From Erythrobacter sp. (lineage in GTDB: Bacteria > Pseudomonadota > Alphaproteobacteria > Sphingomonadales > Sphingomonadaceae), in the NCBI RefSeq assembly GCF_040217515.1, contig NZ_JAVJPT010000005.1:30576-94575 (forward strand): a DNA stretch of 64,000 nucleotides, written 5' to 3'. The translations under genes were made by a program, and so were the position numbers. The notes beneath the pieces were generated by a model. It did not search any database and was not told the origin of the DNA. It saw only the letters and a program-made list of their open reading frames with translations. Positions 7,954 to 17,247 of the stretch are shown piece after piece; position 1 is the first letter of the stretch, and every line of letters begins with the position of its first letter.

Positions 7954-10554
7954 ATGAGCGACGATAACGAAAAACGCACCCGTAAACCGCTGGGCCTAAA
8001 GCGCGCGGTGGACGCTGGCGAGGTCAAGCAGACCTTCAGCCACGGCCGCACGAACAAGGTTGCGGTCGAGGTGAAGCGCCGCCGCAAACTCGTCAAACCG
8101 GGCGAGGCGACACCTGCACCGGCGCCCGCGAGCGAACCCAAGGCCACGGCTGCGCCGGCGCCTGCGCCTGCGCCGGCGCCTGCGCCCGCCCCCGCTCCGG
8201 CAGCGAAGAAGCCTGCGCCCGCGCCGAAGCCCGCGCCCAAGCCCGCTTCCAAGGCCCCTGCCGGTGAAACCCCGCAGGAGCGCGTGAAGCGTCTCCAGCG
8301 CGAGGCCGAGGAAGAGCGGCTGCGGCTCGCCGAGGAAGCGCGCAAGCGCGAGGACGAGCAGGCTCGCAAGGCCGCTGAAGAGGAAAAGCGCCGCGCCGAG
8401 GAAAACCGGAAGGCCGAGGAAGAGACCGAGAAACGCGCGGCCGAGGAAGCGCAGGCCGAAGTCGCAGCCGATGCACAGTCCGAAGCCCCGGCGAGCGAAC
8501 CGGCTTCAGAGCAGGTCCCAGCCGCGAAGACCCGCAGCGGAATGCCCGCCGCGCGCAAGTTCACGCCCGTGGCGCGGCCGGAGCCGAAGAAGCCGGAAAA
8601 GAAGAAAAAGGACGACAAGCGCGCGGCGTCCCCCTCCGGCGGCGGCAAGGACAAGCGCCGTTCGGGCAAGCTCACCGTTACGCGCGCCTTGAACGAGGAC
8701 GAAGGGCGGCGCGCGCGCAGCCTTGCCGCGCTCAAGCGCGCGCGGGAGAAGGAGCGCCGGATGCAGGGCGGCGGCTCGTCCAAGCCGCGCGAAAAGCAGG
8801 TCCGCGACGTCGTCGTTCCCGAAGCCATCACGGTTCAGGAACTCGCCAACCGCATGGCCGAAAAGGGTGCCGACCTTGTCAAGGCGCTGTTCAACATGGG
8901 CATGATGGTGACTGTCAACCAGACCATCGATGCCGACACGGCCGAATTGCTGGTTGAGGAATTCGGCCACAATATCAAGCGCGTGTCCGAAGCCGATATC
9001 GACATCGTACCCGCCGAGGATGAAGATCCCGCCGAAACGTTGAAGCCCCGCCCGCCGGTTGTCACCATCATGGGACATGTCGACCACGGCAAGACCAGCC
9101 TGCTCGATGCGCTGCGCGGAACCGACGTGACCAAGGGCGAGGCCGGCGGCATCACCCAGCATATCGGAAGTTACCAGGTCACGACGAAGAGCAAGGACAA
9201 GGTTACCTTCCTTGACACGCCGGGCCACGCCGCCTTTACCGAAATGCGCGCGCGCGGGGCGAATGTGACCGACATCGTCGTGCTGGTGGTGGCCGCCGAT
9301 GACGGGATCATGCCGCAGACGATCGAGGCCATCAATCACACCAAGGCCTCGGGCGTTCCCATGATCGTCGCGATCAACAAGGTCGACAAGGACGAGGCAA
9401 ACCCCGACAACGTGCGCAACCGCCTGCTCGAACACGAGGTGATCGTCGAGAAGCTTTCCGGCGACGTGCAGGATGTCGAAGTCTCGGCCAAGACCGGCGC
9501 CGGGCTCGACGAACTTCTCGAGGCGATCGCGCTTCAGGCCGAATTGTTGGAACTCAAGGCGCGGCCCGATCGCGATGCGGAGGCCACCGTGATCGAAGCG
9601 CAGCTCGACAAGGGCCGCGGCCCTGTCGCGACCGTATTGGTCACGCGCGGGACGCTCAAGCGCGGCGACACCTTCGTCGTCGGCACGGAGAGCGGCCGCG
9701 TGCGTGCATTGGTCAACGATGCGGGCAAGCAGATCAAGGAAGCCGGTCCCTCCATGCCGGTCGAAGTGCTCGGCCTTGGTGGAGTACCATCGGCAGGTGA
9801 CCAGCTTACCGTGGTCGAGAATGAACAGCGCGCCCGCGAAGTCGCCGAATATCGCCAGGAAAAGGCGACCGAAAAACGCACCGCGCTCGCCCCGACCAAT
9901 TTCGACACGATGTTCAACAAGCTGCAGGCGAACGTGATCGAATGGCCGGTCCTGGTGAAGGCCGACGTGCAAGGCTCGGTCGAGGCGATCGTCGGCGCGC
10001 TCCACAATATCTCGAACGACGAGATCAAGGTGCGTGTGCTCCACGCCGGCGTCGGCGCGATCACGGAGACGGACGTAAGCCTCGCTGCGGCATCCAACGC
10101 CCCGATCATCGGCTTCAACGTGCGACCCAACGCCAAGGCGCGCGAATTGGTGAAGCGCGATAACGTGCGGATGATGTATTACGATGTCATCTACCACCTC
10201 ACCGAAGAGGTCGCGAAGGAAATGGCTGGCGAGCTTGGTCCCGAACGGATCGAGACGGTCGTCGGCAGAGCCGAGGTCAAGCAGGTCTTCCCGGCCGGCA
10301 AGAAGGACAAGGCCGCCGGCCTCCTCGTGCTCGATGGGGTCATCCGCAAGGGCCTGTTCGCGCGTCTCACCCGCGAGGATGTCATCGTATCGGCGACCAA
10401 GATCGCCTCGCTGCGGCGCTTCAAGGACGATGTCGACGAAGTGCGCGCCGGGCTAGAATGCGGCGTGGTGCTGGAGGACACGAACGACATCAAGCCGGGC
10501 GACAATCTCGAAGTGTTCTCCGTCGAGGAGCGCGAGCGGACGCTGGAGTTCTGA
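7954..10554 (+). CDS. infB: Translation initiation factor IF-2
   Basis: 866 aa. GTPase motifs [21 protein letters not shown]. Ala/Pro/Lys-rich N-terminal region. Confidence 0.98.
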   Translation: MSDDNEKRTRKPLGLKRAVDAGEVKQTFSHGRTNKVAVEVKRRRKLVKPGEATPAPAPASEPKATAAPAPAPAPAPAPAPAPAAKKPAPAPKPAPKPASKAPAGETPQERVKRLQREAEEERLRLAEEARKREDEQARKAAEEEKRRAEENRKAEEETEKRAAEEAQAEVAADAQSEAPASEPASEQVPAAKTRSGMPAARKFTPVARPEPKKPEKKKKDDKRAASPSGGGKDKRRSGKLTVTRALNEDEGRRARSLAALKRAREKERRMQGGGSSKPREKQVRDVVVPEAITVQELANRMAEKGADLVKALFNMGMMVTVNQTIDADTAELLVEEFGHNIKRVSEADIDIVPAEDEDPAETLKPRPPVVTIMGHVDHGKTSLLDALRGTDVTKGEAGGITQHIGSYQVTTKSKDKVTFLDTPGHAAFTEMRARGANVTDIVVLVVAADDGIMPQTIEAINHTKASGVPMIVAINKVDKDEANPDNVRNRLLEHEVIVEKLSGDVQDVEVSAKTGAGLDELLEAIALQAELLELKARPDRDAEATVIEAQLDKGRGPVATVLVTRGTLKRGDTFVVGTESGRVRALVNDAGKQIKEAGPSMPVEVLGLGGVPSAGDQLTVVENEQRAREVAEYRQEKATEKRTALAPTNFDTMFNKLQANVIEWPVLVKADVQGSVEAIVGALHNISNDEIKVRVLHAGVGAITETDVSLAAASNAPIIGFNVRPNAKARELVKRDNVRMMYYDVIYHLTEEVAKEMAGELGPERIETVVGRAEVKQVFPAGKKDKAAGLLVLDGVIRKGLFARLTREDVIVSATKIASLRRFKDDVDEVRAGLECGVVLEDTNDIKPGDNLEVFSVEERERTLEF

Positions 10555-10571
10555 TTAGCGGAGCGCGCTGA

Positions 10572-11009
10572 ATGAGCGAAGCAGGCTTTTTCCCCGAGGA
10601 TCATCACACCTCGCCTCATACCGCGCTGCTCGGCTCGGAATTCGTGGGCTGGGACGAGGTGACGCAGACCGCGACCATGCGCTTCACCGTGCGCAAGGAG
10701 ATGACCACCTGGCGCGGCGGGGTGCAGGGCGGGCTGGTCGCGGGCTATCTCGATGACGTGATGGGCTATGCCTATGTCGCCGCCACCGGGGGCGAGATGG
10801 CGCCGCTCAATCTCGACCTCACCATGAGCCTCATCCGCCTGATCCCCGCAGGCCCGTTGATCGGCAAAGGGCGCGTGGTGAAGGCCGGGCGCAAGGTCGT
10901 CTTCCTCGAAGCGGAACTGCTGTCGGAAGACGGCAAGCTGATGGCCCGCGCGACCTCGACCGCGCTGCCGACACCGCGCCCGACGCCAGACCAGACAGGC
11001 ATGGATTGA
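10572..11009 (+). CDS. PaaI-family (hotdog fold) thioesterase
   Basis: 145 aa. The [19 protein letters not shown] region is typical of PaaI/YbgC-like thioesterases. Confidence 0.7.
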   Translation: MSEAGFFPEDHHTSPHTALLGSEFVGWDEVTQTATMRFTVRKEMTTWRGGVQGGLVAGYLDDVMGYAYVAATGGEMAPLNLDLTMSLIRLIPAGPLIGKGRVVKAGRKVVFLEAELLSEDGKLMARATSTALPTPRPTPDQTGMD

Positions 11010-11416
11010 TGGCTCGCAAGCAGGAATACACCGCCGAACAGCATTCGGTTCGCGTTCTCAAGGTAGGCGAGCGGGTGCGGCACATCCTGTCCGAACTGCT
11101 CGCCCGGCGCGAAGTGCATGACGAAACGGTGAGCGCGGCGAATATCTCGGTCACCGAAGTCCGCATGACGCCCGATTTGCGCCACGCGACCGCTTACGTG
11201 AAACCCCTGCTTGGGCAGGCCGAAGACGAGGTGGTGGCGGCCCTGCGGCAAAACACCGCTTTCCTCCAGCGCGAGGTCGCCAAGCGGCTCGGCCTCAAAT
11301 TCGCGCCCAAGCTCAAGTTCCGCAAGGACGAGACCTTTGCCGAAGCCGACCGGATCGAGGCGCTGCTGCGCAATCCCAAGGTTGCGCGCGATCTCGACGG
11401 GGACGAGGAGGAGTAA
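11009..11416 (+). CDS. rbfA: Ribosome-binding factor A
   Basis: [17 protein letters not shown]...[19 protein letters not shown] pattern of RbfA. ATG at 11009 overlaps the upstream TGA. Confidence 0.92.
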   Translation: MARKQEYTAEQHSVRVLKVGERVRHILSELLARREVHDETVSAANISVTEVRMTPDLRHATAYVKPLLGQAEDEVVAALRQNTAFLQREVAKRLGLKFAPKLKFRKDETFAEADRIEALLRNPKVARDLDGDEEE

Positions 11417-11517
11417 GCCATCGAGGGAAGCCGCGAGTTCCGGCGAAGGCTGGAACCTCTTGCGCGTTGGCGCGACTTTGCCCGAGGGCCCAGCCTCCGC
11501 TGCGACTCACAAACATG

Positions 11518-12105
11518 TCAGCGCGGCACCATGCGCGCGCGCAGTTCGATGTCGACCTCGTTGCCTACGATCAGCTGATAGCTCTTCATGCCGTAATCGC
11601 GCCGGTCGATCGTCGTCTTGCCCGTAAAGCTGATCGGCTTGCCGACCGCCTTTCCGGGCGGGCTGTCGAACGTCACGGCGAGCGTCTGCGGCTTGCTCAC
11701 TCCGCGCGCGGTCAACATCCCTTCAAGCGTCCCTTCGAGCGGGCTCGACATTTTGAGCGCGCGCCCGACAAAGCGGATTTGCGGATAGCGTTCGACCCAG
11801 AAGAATTTCTCGCCCCGCAGCCGCCGCAGCGTCACGCGGTCGGGCGCTTCGATCGCCCCGGCATCGAAAGTCACGTCGATCACTGCGCGCTCGGGCGCGT
11901 CGGGGACAATGGTGACCGCGCCTTCCATCCGGGGAAAGCGCGCCGTCTTGCTGGCAAGGCCGAAAAAGGGGACGCGGGCCGATACGTCGCTCGCGCTCGA
12001 ATCGAGCCGGTAGTTGAGCGTGTCAGACCGGGGCTGCTGCGCAAACGCGGCAAGTCCCGCAAACAGCACGAGCAACGGCATCAGGATAAGGCGAATGGAT
12101 TGCAT
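11518..12105 (-). CDS. YceI-family periplasmic protein
   Basis: Signal peptide (LLVLFAGLAAFAQQ). YceI-like lipocalin pattern ending in DRRDYGM....GNEVDIEL. Confidence 0.8.
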   Translation of the reverse strand: MQSIRLILMPLLVLFAGLAAFAQQPRSDTLNYRLDSSASDVSARVPFFGLASKTARFPRMEGAVTIVPDAPERAVIDVTFDAGAIEAPDRVTLRRLRGEKFFWVERYPQIRFVGRALKMSSPLEGTLEGMLTARGVSKPQTLAVTFDSPPGKAVGKPISFTGKTTIDRRDYGMKSYQLIVGNEVDIELRARMVPR

Positions 12106-12248
12106 ATTCTTGCGTCCCTCGAGCTTTCAAACCTTCCATAGCGCAAAAGGTTTCAACCGGGGAACGCGAAGCCGCAGCACTGGCATGGACCGCGGCTGCG
12201 GGCTAGGTGCGGTCCGCGCAAGGGTCGTGCAGGTTGGCGGAGGGGTGC

Positions 12249-12866
12249 TTGGCCAAGCTCTATTTCTATTATTCGAGCATGAATGCGGGGAAGAGTTCCT
12301 CGCTGCTGCAAGCCGATTTCAACTATCGCGAGCGCGGCATGAACACGATGCTGTGGACCGCCGCGCTCGACACGCGCTCGCAGGGCATGGTGCGCAGCCG
12401 CATCGGACTCGAGGCCGAGGCCCATCGTTTCGGGCACGACACCGACCTGTTCAACGCGATTTCGGTCGCGCACGAGAACGAGGATGCGAACGATTTCGGT
12501 TTGAAAGGGCTCGACTGCGTGCTGGTGGACGAGGCGCAGTTTCTCAAGCCGCAGCAGGTCTGGCAGCTCGCGCGCATCTGCGACGAAGTGCGCATCCCGG
12601 TGCTGTGCTATGGCCTGAGGACCGATTTTCAGGGGCAGATGTTTCCCGGCTCCGCCGTCCTGCTTGGGATCGCGGATGCGCTCGTCGAACTCAAGGCGGT
12701 GTGCCATTGCGGGCGCAAGGCGACGATGAACCTGCGCGTCAATTCGGCGGGCATGCCGATCCGCGAAGGCGAGCAAACCGCGATCGGCGGGAACGAGAGC
12801 TATGTCGCGTTGTGCCGCAAGCATTTCAGCGCCGCGCTCGGCGGCGATATGGACGCGGTGGGGTGA
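12249..12866 (+). CDS. tdk: Thymidine kinase
   Basis: AKLYFYYSSMNAGKSSSLLQ...VDEAQFL...LCYGLRTDF...CHCGRKA...GGNESYVALCRKH is colinear with E. coli Tdk. TTG start at 12249 with a GGAGG Shine-Dalgarno. Confidence 0.93.
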   Translation: MAKLYFYYSSMNAGKSSSLLQADFNYRERGMNTMLWTAALDTRSQGMVRSRIGLEAEAHRFGHDTDLFNAISVAHENEDANDFGLKGLDCVLVDEAQFLKPQQVWQLARICDEVRIPVLCYGLRTDFQGQMFPGSAVLLGIADALVELKAVCHCGRKATMNLRVNSAGMPIREGEQTAIGGNESYVALCRKHFSAALGGDMDAVG

Positions 12867-13417
12867 TGAAAACGCGCCTGAAAAAGCCCCCTCAACCCCA
12901 TGACCCGGCATGGTCCGTCGCATTTGGAGAGGCGCAAGCGACGCTTCGGACTATCCTGGGAGCGGACGCGAAGGCTATCCACCATGTGGGCAGCACGGCG
13001 ATCCCGGGCATTTGGGCCAAGCCTGTAATAGATATTCTGATTGAGGCGACAAGCCTGGTGGCGCTGGACCGTCGCGATGCGGCTTTTGGCGAAGCAGGTT
13101 TTATCGGCAAGGGAGAGAAAGGGATTGCCGGCCGCCGTTTCTACATCAAGGACAATTACAAGGGGGCGCGCAGTCATCATGTCCAAGCCTTTGAGGTCAG
13201 TTCGCCACACATAGAGAGGCATCTCGCCTTTCGCGATTACCTGCTTGCTCACCGCCCTGTTGCGAGCGAATATTCACGCTTGAAAGAGGCCATTGCCGCC
13301 GATTGGCGCGGCGTTGACGATTATATCGAGCGCAAGGCTTCTTTTGTCGAGCAGACCGAAAGATTGGCGCTTGCCTGGGCGCGCGGTAAAGCGTGCGCCC
13401 AGGAGGGCGAGGCCTAG
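12866..13417 (+). CDS. GrpB-family protein
   Basis: HVGSTAIPGIWAKPVIDILIE motif of GrpB/UPF0157. The ATG overlaps the tdk TGA (TGATG). Visibly more A/T-ending codons than its neighbours. Confidence 0.75.
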   Translation: MKTRLKKPPQPHDPAWSVAFGEAQATLRTILGADAKAIHHVGSTAIPGIWAKPVIDILIEATSLVALDRRDAAFGEAGFIGKGEKGIAGRRFYIKDNYKGARSHHVQAFEVSSPHIERHLAFRDYLLAHRPVASEYSRLKEAIAADWRGVDDYIERKASFVEQTERLALAWARGKACAQEGEA

Positions 13418-13450
13418 CGCGGGGTCGCCGCGCACCCTATTTGGAGGCTA

Positions 13451-14140
13451 ATGGACAACACTGTCACCCTGGTCGTTCTGCTGATCCCCTGCCTGATCGT
13501 AGCGATCGTCTTCCACGAGGTCGCGCATGGCTACATGGCGATGCTGCTGGGCGATCCCACCGCGGCCGAGCGCGGGCGGCTGACGCTCAATCCCGTTCGC
13601 CATGTCGATCCGGTGGGCACGCTGCTCGTCCCGGGTGCGCTGCTGCTGGCAGGTGCGCCCGCTTTCGGCTGGGCCAAGCCGGTCCCGGTCAACCAGTTCC
13701 GCCTGCGCAATCCGCGCTATGGCATGATGGCGGTCGCGCTTGCCGGACCCGCGAGCAATTTCTTGCTCGCGATGTTCGGCGCCGTGCTGATCGGGGTGCT
13801 GAGTGCAATCAACGGTGCGAGCATCCTTGTCGAGGGCAATGTGCTGGGCACGGTGTTGACCATGTTCCTGCTCATCAACATCTTCCTCGGCCTTTTCAAC
13901 CTGCTGCCCATCCCGCCGTTCGATGGGTCCCACATCGTCGGCGGTTTGCTGCCCGACCGGTTGCGCTTTCACTGGGCGAGGCTGCAGCGGGTGGGGATTT
14001 TCCTGCTGATCGGAGTGATCGCCTACAGCTGGTTTTTCGGAACCGGCTGGCTTGAGGCGCTGCTGCTGCCACCGTTGGGAATCGCGATGGGCCTATTCCT
14101 GCACGTGGCCGACATCGTCTCTGCGTTCCTCGGTCTTTAG
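13451..14140 (+). CDS. Site-2 protease family (M50) membrane metalloprotease
   Basis: HEVAHG zinc motif in the first TM, NLLPIPPFDGSH motif, multi-pass membrane protein. Confidence 0.85.
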   Translation: MDNTVTLVVLLIPCLIVAIVFHEVAHGYMAMLLGDPTAAERGRLTLNPVRHVDPVGTLLVPGALLLAGAPAFGWAKPVPVNQFRLRNPRYGMMAVALAGPASNFLLAMFGAVLIGVLSAINGASILVEGNVLGTVLTMFLLINIFLGLFNLLPIPPFDGSHIVGGLLPDRLRFHWARLQRVGIFLLIGVIAYSWFFGTGWLEALLLPPLGIAMGLFLHVADIVSAFLGL

Positions 14141-15633
14141 GACCGTCGATCGAACCACGCCGCGACGCGGCCTTGCGCCTCCTTGCCTAGGTGCAGGTGG
14201 AGTTTCGAGCGGCGGCGGAGCACGTCTTCGGCATCGAGCACAAATTCGTGGGCGACGAGGTATTCAAGCTCCGCCGCATAGAGATCGCCGCCGAGGTGCG
14301 CCCCCAGGTCATTGATACCCTTCGCATCGTCCAGCAGAACGTCCATCCGCGTGCCATAGGCGCGGGCAAGGCGGCGGACGGTGTCGGGCGCGAGGAAGGG
14401 ATAAAGCTGCGCCTGCCTGCTTACGAATGCATCGAAGCGCATGGGATCGATGTCGCCGCCGGGCAGCGGCTCGCTCGCAGTCCACTGCTCCCCGCCGATT
14501 TCCAATTCCTCGAGCGCATGTTCGGCGAGCTTGCGATAGGTCGTGATCTTGCCGCCGAAGATCGAGAGCAGGGCAGGCCCGGCGCCATCAGCGCCGCGGT
14601 CGAGCTCGAACTGGTAGTCGCGCGTTACCGTTGAATTCTGTGCCGATCGGTCGTCATAGAGCGGACGCACGCCCGCATAGGAGGCGACTGCGTCATCGGG
14701 GCTCACGTCGCGGGCGAGATACTCGTTCGCCGCAGCGCAGATATAGCGCGCCTCTTCCTCGCTGATCGCAATGTGCGAAGGGTCTCCTTCGAAGGTGACA
14801 TCGGTCGTGCCGACGAGGGTGAATTCGCGCTCATAGGGAATGGCGAAGACGATCCTGTCGTCCCGGTTCTGGAAGATATAGCTATGCTCGCCCTCGAATA
14901 GCTTGGGGAAGATGAGATGGCTGCCCTTGACGAGGCGCAGATTGGCATGGCGCTCGCCGGGAAGCGCACGGCCGAGCAGCTGGTCGACCCACGGCCCGGC
15001 GGCATTGACGACGCGCGCGGCGGTGACAGTGCTTTCCTCGCCCCGGCGGACAAGCCGCGCTCTCCAGCGATCGCCTGCGCGTTCGAGGCCGACGCATTCG
15101 GTGCGTGTCCTGATATCGCCGCCGCGCTCTGCGGCATCGACGCAATTGAGCGCAACGAGGCGGGAATCCTCTACCCAGCAATCGGAATATTCGAAGCCGC
15201 TCGTCAGGCGCTCTTCCAGGATCGCGTCGTGCGGGGGCGCTCGCAGGTCGAGCATCCGGGTCGCCGGCAACAGCTTGCGTCCGCCGAGGTGATCGTAGAG
15301 GAACAGGCCCAGCCGCAGCATCCATTTCGGGCGCAGCCCTGCATCATGCGGCAGGACAAAACGCAGCGGCCAGATGATGTGCGGGGCGATTGACAGCAGG
15401 CGCTCGCGTTCCATCAGGCTTTCGCGCACGAGGCGGAACTCGTAATGCTCCAGATAGCGCAGGCCACCATGGACGAGCTTTGTCGAAGCGGACGAGGTGT
15501 GGCTCGCAAGGTCGTCCTTTTCGACAAGGCAGACCGAAAGGCCGCGCCCGGCCGCATCGCGCGCAATGCCGGCTCCATTGATCCCGCCGCCGATGATGAG
15601 GAGGTCGAAGTGGTCGGTATCGCCCGAGGTCAT
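14137..15633 (-). CDS. glpD: Glycerol-3-phosphate dehydrogenase (FAD-dependent)
   Basis: N-terminal FAD fold DLLIIGGGINGAGIARDAAGRGL. 498 aa, GlpD-like throughout. Confidence 0.92.
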   Translation of the reverse strand: MTSGDTDHFDLLIIGGGINGAGIARDAAGRGLSVCLVEKDDLASHTSSASTKLVHGGLRYLEHYEFRLVRESLMERERLLSIAPHIIWPLRFVLPHDAGLRPKWMLRLGLFLYDHLGGRKLLPATRMLDLRAPPHDAILEERLTSGFEYSDCWVEDSRLVALNCVDAAERGGDIRTRTECVGLERAGDRWRARLVRRGEESTVTAARVVNAAGPWVDQLLGRALPGERHANLRLVKGSHLIFPKLFEGEHSYIFQNRDDRIVFAIPYEREFTLVGTTDVTFEGDPSHIAISEEEARYICAAANEYLARDVSPDDAVASYAGVRPLYDDRSAQNSTVTRDYQFELDRGADGAGPALLSIFGGKITTYRKLAEHALEELEIGGEQWTASEPLPGGDIDPMRFDAFVSRQAQLYPFLAPDTVRRLARAYGTRMDVLLDDAKGINDLGAHLGGDLYAAELEYLVAHEFVLDAEDVLRRRSKLHLHLGKEAQGRVAAWFDRRS

Positions 15634-15680
15634 GGGAAGAAAACTTGGCGGTTCCGGCCCGCTTTGGCTAGGGGGCGCGG

Positions 15681-16694
15681 ATGAAAGACACTTCCAAACC
15701 CGCGCTTCACGGCTGGCTGGTGCTCGACAAGCCGCGCGGGATGGGGTCGACGCAGGCCGTCGGCAAGGTCAAGCGCCTGCTGCGCGAAAGCGGCTATGCG
15801 AAGACCAAGGTCGGCCATGGCGGGACGCTCGATCCGCTGGCCGAAGGCGTGCTGCCGATCGCGCTGGGCGAGGCGACCAAGCTCGCCGGGCGGATGCTCG
15901 ATAGCGACAAGATTTACGATTTCACGATTGCGTTCGGGGAAGAGACCGACACGCTCGATTCCGAAGGCGAGGTGATTGCGCGCAGCGATCGCTTTCCGCC
16001 GCTTGCAGCGATCGCGGGCATGCTCGATCACTTCACCGGCGAGATAGAGCAGCTTCCCCCGGCCTATTCGGCGATTCTGGTCGATGGAAAGCGCGCCTAT
16101 GACCTGGCGCGGGCGGGCGAGGAGGTGAAGCTCCAACCGCGCCGCGTGACGATCCATTCGCTTGGCTTTGCGGGCGGTGCAGGGCGCAGCGGCGAGGGTC
16201 GGATGCTCGGATCGAGTTTTCAGAACCAAGGCGGGCGGCCCGACCCGTTCTCGGCCACTGCCCCGCTGAAAGTCGCCGAAGCTGTGACCCTTACCGCCCA
16301 TGTTTCGAAAGGCACCTATATCCGCTCCCTTGCGCGCGACATCGCCCTCGCCCTTGGATCGCGCGGCCACGTCACCTATCTGCGTCGAACGAAAGCCGGA
16401 CCTTTCCGCGAGCAGCAGGCGATTTCGCTGGACTTTGCCGGCGAAAGCGATAAAGGCCCGCGACTTGATGACCTTATCCTGCCGCTGGAGGCGGGGCTGG
16501 ACGACATCTCGGCCCTATCCCTCGATCGGACAAGTGCGCAGGCGGTCCGCCAGGGCCGGGTCCTGTCCGGAATGCCCCAACTACCCGGGCTTTACCTTGC
16601 GAAACTGGGCGATGTCCCGGTTGCGCTGGTCGAAATCGAGGGTGGGACGGCGAAGGTCGTCAGGGGTTTCAACCTGCCCGATGTCGCTGAGTAA
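15681..16694 (+). CDS. truB: tRNA pseudouridine(55) synthase TruB
   Basis: GHGGTLDPLAEGVLPIALGEATK catalytic Asp motif and SKGTYIRSLARD. Upstream of rpsO. Confidence 0.95.
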   Translation: MKDTSKPALHGWLVLDKPRGMGSTQAVGKVKRLLRESGYAKTKVGHGGTLDPLAEGVLPIALGEATKLAGRMLDSDKIYDFTIAFGEETDTLDSEGEVIARSDRFPPLAAIAGMLDHFTGEIEQLPPAYSAILVDGKRAYDLARAGEEVKLQPRRVTIHSLGFAGGAGRSGEGRMLGSSFQNQGGRPDPFSATAPLKVAEAVTLTAHVSKGTYIRSLARDIALALGSRGHVTYLRRTKAGPFREQQAISLDFAGESDKGPRLDDLILPLEAGLDDISALSLDRTSAQAVRQGRVLSGMPQLPGLYLAKLGDVPVALVEIEGGTAKVVRGFNLPDVAE

Positions 16695-16706
16695 GGAAGA
16701 GAACAC

Positions 16707-16976
16707 ATGTCGGTCGATGCCGAAACTAAGACGAAGATCATAAAGGAACACGCCCGGGGTCAGGACGACACCGGCAGCCCCGAAGTGCAGGTCGCGATCC
16801 TGACCGAGCGGATCAAGAACCTGACCGAGCATTTCAAGGGCCATCACAAGGACAACCATTCGCGCCGCGGCCTCCTCATGATGGTCAACAAGCGGCGCAA
16901 CCTGCTCGCCTATCTCAAGAAGAAGGACGTCGAGCGGTACAACGCGCTGATCCAGAAGCTGGGTCTTCGCAAGTAA
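16707..16976 (+). CDS. rpsO: 30S ribosomal protein S15
   Basis: 89 aa with [35 protein letters not shown]. Confidence 0.98.
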   Translation: MSVDAETKTKIIKEHARGQDDTGSPEVQVAILTERIKNLTEHFKGHHKDNHSRRGLLMMVNKRRNLLAYLKKKDVERYNALIQKLGLRK

Positions 16977-16985
16977 GCTTTCAGG

Positions 16986-17015
16986 AACGGCTCCCTCCGG
17001 GGGGCCGTTTCGCTA
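16986..17015 (+). terminator. Hairpin/attenuator after rpsO
   Basis: AACGGCTCCC-TCC-GGGGGCCGTT is a 10-bp stem with one G-U pair, followed by a partially T-rich tail. It sits at the start of the 270-nt pnp leader. Confidence 0.45.
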
Positions 17016-17247
17016 TTCAGTCGCGGCAAACTCGTCTATGAGAGCTGCGCGCCGGAAACCGAATGTCTCCGGCCTGACATGCGTCCGTGCAAATCCGGGC
17101 GCGCAACCATTTTGGCTTTCCTTCACATTCCGGTGAAGGGGCTGGAGGGGCACAATCGGCCCCGCACCGGGCCGGGACGGCAATCTTCCCCGGCACACAA
17201 GAGGCCCCGCTACGCAATAGGGCGCAGCGGGTTCAGAAGGAATCTAA

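Noticed and set aside
8108-8245. Short-period GC-rich repeats (gcgcctgcgccggcg...) that superficially look like a tandem-repeat or CRISPR-like array.
   Set aside because: They lie inside infB and encode the Ala/Pro/Lys-rich linker ([30 protein letters not shown]) common in IF-2 N-termini. There are no spacers and no repeat-spacer architecture.
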